From assembly GCA_051942245.1 (NCBI GenBank), contig JAVECL010000230.1:1-34335 (forward strand): a stretch of 34,335 nucleotides of DNA. The letters run 5' to 3'. Positions 1-11,089 of this stretch are shown in pieces (position 1 is the first letter of the stretch; each line of letters starts with the position of its first letter). This DNA comes from Trypethelium eluteriae. Taxonomy: Eukaryota. Both the position numbers and the translations under genes were made by a program. The notes below the pieces were generated by a model that saw only the letters and a program-made list of their open reading frames with translations, was not told the DNA's origin and made no database searches.

Positions 1-1985
1 ACTACGTAGGTCCTCATTTTACTAGTTAATTAGGTTTTTACTGTCCTCAATTTCGATGAGGTTTATATAGAGCCCTTACCTCAGGTTACACAGAGAAATT
101 AATCGAGTCCTTTTCTCCGAAAACGGTGTCTAACATCATCACGTTTTCTCGTGGGAAAAAGCTTTTGAGGACCTATTACCCTAGGGGCGCGACCCTCGGC
201 CTGATAGAATTCTTCTTGGCCGTTTCTGGCATCTAATATTGACTTGCTTACAGGACCAAGCCACCTACGATGACCTCTAAAATAAGAGTTTTCGTACTGC
301 TGAGGAAGTAAAGTAGCGTATTCAATCGGAATATCCCCAGTCTCAGAAGAGACTGGGTAACAGACGATGAGGCAGTGTCTGGCATCAAATTGAGTTTGAA
401 AGGTTGTCGAGACATGACGGAGCACCTTTATTTGGTCATTCATGTCCAGGAGATTCAACATGTTGGGGATGCTAGACAATCCAAACGCGGGTTCTGGGTG
501 CTTATCGCTCGTGGCAATGGAATTCGAACCAAGACGCCTCCCAAGGCCTACTTATCGTAAGCATTCCTTCTTCTCAAAATCCTTCGCGGATAGAAAATCT
601 CTGGCTTGATCGGCAAGAAGTTTGCACCATTCGGAGTCCTCACCGGTGCCGAGCCAGGTCTGGCTCGCATCTTCGCCATCAATCCGCTCACGGGATCCCT
701 CGTTACCTTCGTGAGCACCTCCATTGAGGTTCTGCAAGTCTTTATCACGGCGTTTGTCAAGACTGACTAGCAGATGGCACACCTGATCGAAATCAGAATT
801 ATTTGTGTCCCACTGGCTAATTGCGCTTCCCAACATCACTTGAATTATGCGGAAGAATGGTACCCTAGTTGATCCAGGACCGATGCATTTGGCTGAATGT
901 GTCGGTTTACCATAAAATCGGAGATGAGCAAGAGGCATCGTCCATATGATCCCGACATCATTGTCAGAACTGGGACTTTGCATACCCAGTGTCAAGACAC
1001 CTCCTTTCTGGACATTGGTGTCATTCTGTTGAATAGATATCGTCTCCTCTCCTAAGACTATCATATCTGGATACACATGCCAGGAGGAAAGCCCAAGCAG
1101 CGCCTCTGGTATTTGGACGCGCTGGGCAACACCAGACACCAGATGTTCCATGGTGTGGAGAGATTTCGTCCACGCCAGCATCACACTATCGTAGACTTTA
1201 GGTCGTGAAGATATGGAGAGTCCGATGTTCTCGATTATGAGCATCAACTGCGTTTGCTGCTTTTGCATGGCTCTATCTGCTATTCGCAACCACTGTCCAA
1301 ATTTGCCCAGTCAGCACAGAGAAGCAAGCGAGTTGCGATCTGAAACTTCAACATTTTGTAAATGTATGAATGCAAAGTGACTTACAGAACGAGCGCTAGC
1401 ATCCCAGTCAGCCAATCTTTCGCGGTTCATATCAGTTTTTGCGGCCATGGAGGTTGTAAAATAAAATCGCTCATTGTTGAGTCTTTCTGTGAGTACCTGC
1501 TTACGCACTGAAACTAGCTCGTCCCAGATGGATGTTGCTTCAGCTGAAGACCAGACTCGGGCAAGAATGCAAGCAAGCAGATGTACCTCAAGTGCCCCAG
1601 GACCCGATGTTGCCGCTGCCCAGATGGACGTGCCGTCAGCGCCGACATGCCCTGCGAATGGGCCAAAGCTATCATTGCCATGAGGATTGAGCTTTGGATT
1701 CTCGGCGATGTCAGATGATCTTGCACCATAAGCTTGTTTGAGCTTGGGTATTGGAGGAAGGTCATCCACAAAGAGCGCACCGAGTTTTTGCGCTGTGATA
1801 TGAAATGTACCGTCCTCAGCTTCAATCTTCCTTTTAGGAGATAAGCGCCTGCCTAGGCCCTGGTATTCTGGGGGTGCTTCGATCTTTACGAGTGAAAAGT
1901 CGAACTTGGCCTGAAACAATCCGATTGCTGTTTCTTGCTGACCTGAGATCAGGGACAAGCCCATTTGGTTCATATTACTAGCCAT
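1..1985 (-). pseudogene. Nonsense-disrupted conserved hypothetical Pezizomycotina protein (FDFSLVKIEAP...GADGTSIWAAATSG family); may extend past the left edge
   Basis: ATG at 1985 (MASNMNQ). Intron 1385-1293 (GTAAGT...GCTGAC...CAG) joins ...DWDASARS to WLRIADR. After the in-frame TAA at 554-552 the same frame continues (VGLGRRLGSN...PAFGLSSIP, ORF 99..479). Further in-frame stops occur at 101-99 and below. Confidence 0.75.
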
Positions 1986-2314
1986 GCTGTTATAGGAACA
2001 ACTAAATCGAAAAAGCGAATAGGTAGGAAACAGACATTTACTAGGCAGACCTTTTGAGATATTCAAAAGGGGGGCATTCTAATCCCTAGAATATCCTAGC
2101 TGAGGCTGAGCAGTTGCATGCTTCCCATGAACACCAGCTACCACCAGCACGCCGTTGCCACCCAGGCAATGTCGTCTCAACAAAAGACTACGTAGACTGC
2201 GCCATGTTTATACCCATTTAGGGCTGCAAGGACGGGTACTGTTGAGGTAGAATGTCGCGAGGCCTAGCGAGAATAAGAGGAGAGGCTGTCTCCAGAGAGA
2301 GATGGTGGGAGTCA

Positions 2315-2442
2315 GTAGTACTTCCACCCGAGAAGGGCTGTCTGCCTGCAGCTGCTCAGCCTCGCCTCAGATTCAGCCTGTATTACTTACGCCCGAGAAG
2401 GGCTGTCTGCCTGCAGCTGCCCAACCTTGTCTCAAAAGCCTG
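2315..2442. repeat. Imperfect tandem duplication, period ~65 bp, with a 29 bp identical core
   Basis: cccgagaagggctgtctgcctgcagctgc occurs at 2327 and 2392. The flanks align with mostly transition differences (tcagcctcgcctcag vs ccaaccttgtctcaa). Confidence 0.9.
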
Positions 2443-3290
2443 CTTTTTCCTTGACTTGAGACGTTTACTTTTTCCCACGTCATTTCCAAGAATTTGAGCC
2501 ATCTGAAGCTTTTTGAGATCCGCTTTACGAAAGCTAGTAGGCTCGGATCATGTCTCTTTCAGGTCGCATTTGACCTTGGTCGCGCATTTGAATCAATATA
2601 CGTATGAGTTTGCAAGACCACCGGATCCGCTGATTGACATACAGTTTAAACGACATGTATCGCAGACCATTGAAGTCTTATGCGATTTAGCACAATAGAT
2701 TCGCAAAGCGTTGGGAAATATCTGCATTATCTCTACGATCAGGGTTCAAAAGTTATAGAACCACATAGACTAATGAGCGGCATTCAAGCATCATATTGCG
2801 CGCGACGTGTAAAGGATTCCAGCTGTCAGCAGGATCAAATTCATTAGCTTGTACCAGCGATCTGCTCTAGCTGGGGGAGCTGAGAGATTTCCACTATCCC
2901 CCGCGCATGCATATCGCGCCGCTTCATCCTAGCTGTGATAGTCAAAAACCTTCTACTAGACCGCTTCACTAGGAAGAGTTCGAGCCTAAGACAACGGAGG
3001 TGGGGCCCGGCCTTGTATTGATCGTCTCCACCATGTTGGGCTCGTCGGCTTTGGTCACTTGAAAGGGGCCAATGCTCGTGTACTGTTCTGTAGCGATAGG
3101 AAGGGCTCAAACTTCGAGATATGGACCGGGATAGCTGACAATCCCTTGATTTCAACTTCTGGTAAGCTGAAAGTTGGCAAATCTCAAGATCAAATACATG
3201 ATTACCATCAGAGTAGATTGAAAAGTTACGAAGGGGAACCACAACAGCTTGATCTTGCCTCGAGTTCTCCAGAGACATCTGGAACCTGCT

Positions 3291-4502
3291 CTAATCCTCG
3301 AGATGACGGGGGTCAGTAATATGGTCGATACTGTCCGAGTCCCAAGGTTTGGCGAAAGATTCCATGGGAGATTTAGATTGTTTGAACTTTGAGCTCGTAG
3401 AATGGCGAGAAAAGACAGCAGAAATCTTGGCATAGATGGCACTTTTTGAGATTTTATGTGACCAGAACGCATTGGCAGTTGGCACACAACCGATAATTAC
3501 CGCCATACACCACTCGATATTCCTGATCTAACGTTAGAGGATGCATAGACCTCTCGGTGATCCAAGATACTTACGTGCAGAACATAGCGGTTGTCTTGTC
3601 GGGTGTTTCCCAGCCCAAGTCCTGAATTTTGAAGTGAAGCGAAACAGCGCTGGCGGCGATAGCCCTGTAAAACATCATCAGAGGACGGAAATGAATGGTG
3701 GAGGGATCCACTTACAAGCAACCAGAAGCGAAAAGCACTCCCAGTCCAATTTTCTGATGAAGTGGAAGGCATAGACGGGAGATAATGGGGATCGGGAGTA
3801 CGAAGATGACGATGTCCGACGCAAGGGAGAGAACACCGCAGGCAACGAATTTATACTTGGACCAATCCGAGCATTTGAGCAAGGAAAGAGTGGGTACGGT
3901 ATCATTTCGTGGAGCACATACGACGCCGATTGTGACCGAACGAGTTAGCATGAGCACGGTCAAGACTACGAGCGTGATATAGCAAGAGAGCTTGAGCCAT
4001 GTCTTGACACCGAAGATTCGGATATACAAAAAAAGGATCGAGGCCTTGGACGCGATCATTGAAATGCTGAAAAGGAAACCGACGACTACGTCTAGCTGCA
4101 ACATGTTAGCTTCGCTGCAGGACTTTTGGATCCAGATATGGCGTGTAAGTACTTTGCTGAGATACGTGATTGAAGCCTTAGGGTTATTGCTCTCTATGAA
4201 GTCATCAGCATGGGTTCAAAATACTCTGGCTTGTAAGCTCACTCACCAGTGATGACCCAGTAGCTGACACCTAAGGTAACACCAAATAGAATAACAGCAG
4301 TCACTGCAACATCTATTGCGGATCAGGAGTCCAGAAATTCAATAAACATACGAATGTTTGGCTCACAGTCATCGAATAGCAGCTTTCCAGATGAGCTAGG
4401 ACTGGTCCACAGGCGCATAGCGACAAAACCCCCAGTGAAAACGATGAAGAAGATGGATACTCCGAGAAAAGGAGAATATGGTACTCCAGTCTCTGGAGCC
4501 AT
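3291..4502 (-). CDS. PTH11-like / Rhodopsin-domain integral membrane protein (putative GPCR, no CFEM), about 6 exons
   Basis: Spliced product MAPETGVPY...AMRLW...LLFDDYVAVTAVILF...SKASILFLYIRIF...C...C...SDIVIFVLPIPIISRLCLPLHQKIGLGVLFASG...NIEWCMAVIIGCVP. These match the hallmark R...DD, K.SIL..Y.RIF, D..I..LP and E....I..C.P motifs. Canonical GT-AG introns. Confidence 0.88.
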
Positions 4503-6486
4503 AGTGATGGTGAAAGAGACTCTGTCAGTAGCTGTGTAGTGACTGAAGAAGGTACGAAATGTCGGAACCTTGTAGCTGGAAAGGAAGTCAAGGAACCGGG
4601 TGCGAACGGCATTTTTGACCTCTGAGATGTCGTGATACAACATCAGACCCACATAAGAGCTGAAGGCAGGGTCCGACTTGGGCAGGTGCGCATGCTTTGA
4701 CAGGATACTCTAAGCGACGAACCGCCGGAATCTTACGCGGCTGAAGGACGACAATGCAGCCTTGGGTTGGCCGACCTACACATGTACGTTATCAGCTTTC
4801 GCTGTCAAGATCGATGTGGCACTTGGTATCTTCCAGCCATCGAACAGCCATATTCCTTTCTCCTCAACAAGCCGGTGTATGACAGGCCCGTGGACGTACA
4901 TTCTATTCGAAAAAGGACTGCAACGGCTTCTTGGCCTAAGACTTAAATTGGCCGACAAGCTCATCCCCAAGACGTCGCCGCGCTGAGTGCCCTACTCAAG
5001 TTGATTCTCCTGAGACTTATTCAGTCTGAGGACTGCCGGCTTCCTGACTGACCTCTTGGATAGTTGGTCTTGTCTATGATGATGAGGTCGTTAATCCATT
5101 CTGCGGTTGCACTGGCAGTTGTCACGACTACAATTCTACTTATGCTTTGTGACAAGAGCCTATCCCTCTCTGGAAGGTTCTGGTTCCAAAGCTATATCCA
5201 TATTGCCCGTGGTTGGTGTTCGGGTAGGGTGGTTATCTTGGACGCTCGCATCTTTGCGTTCATGCTGGTTCACCAGAGACCGGGCATTTGGCGGCTGTAT
5301 TAAGATATAGAGCGCAGTATCGGCCCTCATCAGGAGTATTCTAGCGCTACCGATTCGCTTACCAATAGGGTTCAAAGGCTGCACACCCTATGCACCGCTA
5401 TGGGCCGTCGTCGATCTCATTGCATGTGATAGGTGTTCCTGCAGCGGGAAGGAAGCGTCGCGCAAATGGCTCGGTGGAGCTGCTGAGTTTTTTACCCCGC
5501 CCATCGCTAGGGATCTACGGTATGACGTACATCCGCTGAGTTAGGGACTTCCGTCCGACTTCTCTGCTGCTCTTTGGAGAAGAAGCTTTATATATTCATT
5601 ATTCTATGCAGCTGTATTTCCGACCCCTGAACTTACGTTGGGAAATCGATAGATATGATAAATACGTTGCCTGCGTCGATCTCGATCACTCTTAGTCGAT
5701 TATGTGACAACTGCAACATCTTCATCGGCAACCCTTTGCGTGCCAATGTCAGCTGGATTGTTGATCAACTTACGTTCGAAATCTTCCTGCATCAATGCTC
5801 GGCCCAAAGATGTAGACGAGGAGCTCATTCATTCTGGTCCACATCTTTCCACATATAAAGACAATCAGTGGCTTCTTGACATCACCACTTAATGCTGCCC
5901 AGACATTCAAATCCAAGGCAATCTTCACTCCTCGCGTTTAATCCGCTCGCAGCTTCCTATACCAGAATATGCGGAGCATGAGGATAAAGATCTCCTTGAG
6001 CGCTACCTCAAAGGTCCTCCACATAAGGGCAGCCGTCCAGCTGGCTTCATGCTTCAGAGGGCTGCTCAGATATGAATGCTATGGATACAGAAAACTTGAG
6101 CTTTTCGAATAGAGACTACGTGTAGCAAATCCCCAGATATTCCGTGATGTTGGAGCATTGGGGAGAGCAACGCCCGATGTAGTGACTTCTGGTCGCTCGG
6201 ACATCATGACAGTCGCATCGCTTAAGATTTCACTCGTACTCTGATTGCGGGGAAGGACACCATAGTAAAGCCTTTGCAAGAGAGGCGTGAAAGATAAGTG
6301 AAGCAAAGCCACAAGATAAAGAAGACTTAACAGGGGCCATATTGGCTTAAGCAATCATTTCAAACGCTGATGACAGTTTATAGCATTGCTGTCATAGTAT
6401 CTCTTATACAAGATCTGCTTTTGAGTAACCGGCGGATCAACCTTCAGCAAACACGAGATCGTAGCCCTTTGGCATCGATTACTATC

Positions 6487-7585
6487 TTAGGAAAAGAACT
6501 TAGCCTTGCCAGTACGAGCACGATTTACATCGCCTGAGTTATCACATTCGGTTTTGCAACAACGTTCTAAGCTGAAGATGCGCCAGAGGTTAATGGGCAA
6601 ATCAGACGGGATCGCAATGTCGCTAATTGTCAAAGCCTCACCAGTGCTGAGCCGCAATACATTTAGCAACACACGTCCCAATATCACCCCAAGGATTCCC
6701 TGCTGGTTGACTTGGTTGTGGGTAGCCAGGGGCTCCAGTTGGTGCATGGCTTTGCGAGGGAGCTGAATAACTTCCAGGCGGTGGGGACGCGGGTACTGAG
6801 CTGGCCGGAGGTGAGCTGTAACTGCTAGGTGGTGGTGCTGGTACGGTGGGACATGCTTGAGTGGGATTTGAAGTTGGAGGTGCCGTGGGTGATGCTGTCG
6901 TAGGACTTTCCGAGGTTGGGGTGCTTGTCACTGGAGATGATGAACTTGTTGGTGTCGATGTTACTGGTGGCATTGAACTCTCGCTAGTAGAGCTCTCGGA
7001 TGTGGAGGTAGGTGCTGCTGTCGAAGGTGCCGTTGATGTAGTAGGAGCTGCGGTTGCATCTGCAAAGGCAGCGATACCCTGTTGGAATGCGGCGGTGATC
7101 TGGGCAGTTAGACCTTGGGCAATTCCTTGTAGATCGGAGGGAATCTTGGATACGACGGTTGCGCCGAAGGTTGTAGCGGCAGTGTTTTGCTGCTGGAGTT
7201 GGTCAAGAACGACGGAAGAGACACCTGCACTGTCGAAGGCCGGCTTTTGAGCGATCAAGTCGGCGATAGTCTGGTTGAGGGTTGTGATCAGGGTACCAGT
7301 CGTTCCTGCAACGGTGAGAGCATCATTGTCTGATATGGGATCAGTTGGTGCAATCTGAGAATTGCCGGTATTGATAGCACTAAGGACGGCGGCCGAGTCG
7401 GACTGAAGAGTGGTCACCGCCGTGCTACTCCCATCGAAAGCCTTAACATCGGTATCCAGAGTTCCAGCGGCTGTGTTGATGGCATTCAATGCATTTTGGA
7501 TCGTGGCTAGATCACGCTTTCTGAATATGGATCGACCAGCAAGTGCGGTGCCGACAAGACCGAAAAGGAAAAAAGATGGCTTCAT
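6487..7585 (-). CDS. Secreted HsbA / Mp1p-like cell-wall protein with Ser/Thr/Pro-rich linker and probable spliced Cys-rich C-terminus (342 aa if spliced, 315 aa if not)
   Basis: Signal peptide MKPSFFLFGLVGTALA, Kex2-type KR site, then a helical HsbA-like domain (DLATIQNALNAI...LIAQKPAFDSAG...SKIPSDLQGIA...AFQQGIAAF) and an STP-rich stalk. Predicted intron 6641-6572 (GTGAGG...TTAAC...CAG) extends the frame to the TAA at 6489-6487. Confidence 0.85.
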
Positions 7586-7723
7586 TGTATATGGTTGAGA
7601 AGGACGAGAGTTTTAACACTACTCTAGACTGATTAAGAGAGGATGAGGAGAAGAACTATACGTTGGTGATCCATCGGCCTTTGGGAAGGAGAAGGAGCTA
7701 TACTGAGTTGAAACTGACGACTC

Positions 7724-7730
7724 TTTTATA
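7724..7730 (-). promoter_or_regulatory. Probable TATA box of the HsbA-like gene
   Basis: TATAAAA on the minus strand ~140 nt upstream of the ATG at 7585, followed by a CT-rich leader. Confidence 0.5.
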
Positions 7731-10700
7731 CCTACATATTCCCTACTGCTTTGACTTACTAGGGTTGCTGACTTTCCTTGCCGAGTCCTCACGCCATCAG
7801 AAACCGAGATTTCTGATGCAATCTCTATTCACATGGCAAATAGAGCCTTCTTCAAGTGTCTAGCTTGTTGCCATCAATTCTAGCGATTGAGTTCGGCCAA
7901 CGTGAGAATTCTTGGTGGACTTTGGCTATTCCTAGTCATTGCCCGAGAGCCGAGGCGTGGACTGACCGGATACATGTGGAAGTAACGATGATAATATGCC
8001 AAGATAGAGGTCGATTGGAGCTTTCGTGAAGAACGTTCGAACAATTATGCAAGAAAATTGAGCCATGGGACGGGTTGAGAGATGAGGCTTGTTTGGATCT
8101 ATCGAATCTAGATCCGCTATCCTCAATTAGGCTAGAAGCAAACCCCTGGCAGAGGTACCCCGGTCAAGTATCTTTGCGGGGCACCTCAATCTCTTCGGAT
8201 TTACCCCACAATCGCACACGGTGACTAAACGGAGAAATCCAAGCTCCGCTTAGTATAAGCTCCTATACTTGGTGTCTTGATTCAGACGAGATGACGCGTT
8301 AGAGTCTTCGAATACACTGACGAGTTGCCTCTAGAGCAACTACTCTCTGAGTAATATAATACTCAATATTTTCCCATACTGGTCGAAAGATTCAAGGTTT
8401 GATACAATCATAGAGACCGACGACGTCGTCTCTGCATATCAAGGCTCAATTGTCGACTCAGAAACAAATGGGCTCTACGTTGGTCCGGCCTCGGTGCAGT
8501 CTTAGATGGAAGCCATGTGAAGAAGAGAAAGCGCAAGAGCCAAAACTAATGCCTTGGCGACAACCTGATCTGCCCGAGACCGGAATTGCCTTTGTTTAAT
8601 TAAAAAAGAAGCTTAGGCCAGCTATCTGACGCATACAGTCCCTAAAAGCAACGGGAGACCTTGCGAATGCAACCGCTCCCATCGGAAGGCGAACTTCATG
8701 GATGACCCGAAGCGTGAGGTGCTCTCGGAACTTGCGAACACGCCATTTTCAAGCTTCGTCCTGGACCTCACGCAGCACTATTACGCAACGGAAATCCGCA
8801 GGAGGAATTCTTCCGTAATCTTATGGACTCAAAGGATTTCGCAGCGCTCTCCTGGGCTTTGCTTCATCGCATGGTTCACACCTTGAAGCCAGGGCCAGGC
8901 AGTCGGGACGCATATGCTTTTTCGGCCATGACGACCTGTGGTCATCAATAGCAGCATATTGAATGCGTGATGACTCATCTTCCCATCGCCGGATAGTTCT
9001 CGGACATGTCTGCCATATGATGTACTCTGTATCCTTGCCACATGGCAGCTCCGACTGAGTCTAAGGATGGCGGAAAGACCCGTCGAATCCAAGATATGTA
9101 CCAGGACCAAGTCACTCAAGGAGACAGGCAACTCGTTTGTCGACCTTGGGCGATTAGCTTGGCTGGATGGCCACTCTGATACGTGCATCGACCCCACGGC
9201 GCCGAGATAGTCAAGTAGCGAATCCAGGGTTGTGGAGTACGTCTGCAGTACGCAAAGAGATTGTATACTTTGGCGTTCTCATGCAAAACAACGACTCATT
9301 CATGGCAGCTTCCAGCTTTATCGTTCGGCATACGCTGCCCTCTTAGAACTCCAGCTACACTACCCCAGTCAATAAGTACCTTTAGCTTGAACCTGCCAGC
9401 CAAATACCCCTTCCCGCCCCCGCAGATTTTCCGCTGGACGCTAGAAACTTGATGAAGAAGTACCCACCACACAACGAAGCACGCAGCATCTACAATAGCG
9501 TCTGAGTTACTGATCTTCTCCGACGTCATTATGAGGCGTCTGTTAACTCGTGGGCATTGGTTCATTTTCTCAATAAGGATTGGCTTATTAATTCGACAGC
9601 TAGTAGTTTCGAACCGGTCAGGATAGGTGCTAGGCACATCGGTCCGTAAACGCAGCCAACAAAGTGAAAGGGCGCTAAAATAAAGGTGAAACATCGCTAC
9701 TGGAAAATATTGCTCACTCGAGTAGTAGTACGAAGTGCTTCGAAACAAGGCAGATACAGCAGCATTTATGCGAAAAAAAAAAAGCTAACACGAACGAGAC
9801 GCAAATCACAGTTGGAAGGTGAGCATTGTGCAAGATTTCTACATGACATTTCTCGAGATAGAAAAAATTGTGGACCACGCTCACTTTCCAACAAGTACCA
9901 TTGACTGCTTTGTATGTTCAGCTCTACGAATTTCTCTGTTTATATCCCAAGTGTAGGTTCCGGATGACGACGTGGGGTCGATGTTGATAGCGTATGGATT
10001 GAAGGTGGGGCTGTTCTTTAGAGTAGTCCTTTTGATTCTGTTGGTGCGCGGGGTTCCTCTCATGCAGCGCTGCTATTGCATGGGCTGACGCGTTTAACGT
10101 ACCCCGGTGAGTCTTCTGGATTTCCCTGGTTTTGCGATCAAGCTACTTGGACTCTACCCGCACTCCTCTAATTGGTGGGGAGAGGTTGCGAAAATTCCAA
10201 TTCAATCGATCGCTGATGCTGTGCAACCAACTTCTTTTGCGGCGAAAACAGAGGTCTGCGATTGGTCCATTAGAAAGAGACAGTATTGAATGATGGGGCC
10301 AAAACCCAACATCTAGCGAGCAACGGCGAAGTCCATTCGCTGGACGCTATCCAATGCAAGGGGAATTCTAATGCTTGCTCGCAAAATTGGAATCCATGCT
10401 TAAAGCGTTGCTTTAATCAGCTTATCAATCACCTGCAGATCCCTTCTCGAATGCTTTTGCCCGCCAAGAGGACGGAAACTTGCAGGGTACGCTCTTGTTC
10501 AAGTACTTAGCGTTGCTAACAATTTTCCTATAATCTCAAGTATCCGAACACTGCTGACACGGAATCCCCGCTCAGTCCTCCCGTGCTCTCTTCTCAGCTT
10601 GACGAATTGGAGTTTCCCCAGTGCATTGAGCGTCGAAATTCCAATTGAGACCGCGTCGGATAGACTGCACATAGCGGGACGGCACGATAGGCGCATGCCC

Positions 10701-11089
10701 CCACACCGTGGAATCGAGCGATGGTATGCGTTTTGCTGTTTCAGAGGAGAGAAAATGGTACTCAATTACCACCTAAGCGACCCTACGGCTCGCCAAGGCC
10801 AGTGATAACTCGCTAGTAATGCTTCAGCTGTCGGGCAACGAGATGCAGGCACACCTCAAAAGGATGTCCGCTGTCAATCATTGAACCGAAAGGCGGAAAG
10901 CTGCGACCGATCCAATACCATGAATCCAAGCGAGCCCGCCATGAGGTAGTCAGGCTCTACCAAAATTCCAGTTGCTGGTAGGCTTATATCCTAAGTACAT
11001 AGCCTATCGGTGGGAATTGGACTGGACCTTTTTGCGTATTTGTTCTCAGCTCATTAAACATCTTCGGGTTTTAGCCTCAACACTTCAAG

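Noticed and set aside
2327..2420. 29 bp direct repeats with a 36 bp spacer, superficially CRISPR-like
   Set aside because: Eukaryotic context, only two copies, the spacer resembles the sequence after copy 2 (a tandem duplication), and there are no cas genes.
1..2500. Possible end of a Starship-type giant transposon
   Set aside because: No tyrosine-recombinase captain gene and no verifiable terminal or direct repeat in the window. TTAC words occur by chance.
5655..6354. Short ORFs that could be a gene relic (plus-strand frame with one internal TAA; minus-strand ORF with hydrophobic N-terminus)
   Set aside because: No recognisable motif, no consistent splice model and, for the minus ORF, no ATG start. 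Cannot be supported without a homology search.
6861..7250. 129 aa Val/Gly/Ala-rich plus-strand ORF
   Set aside because: It is the antisense of the Thr/Pro/Ser-rich part of the HsbA-like gene.
9773..9783. Poly-A run
   Set aside because: A simple homopolymer with no associated retro-element or target-site duplication.
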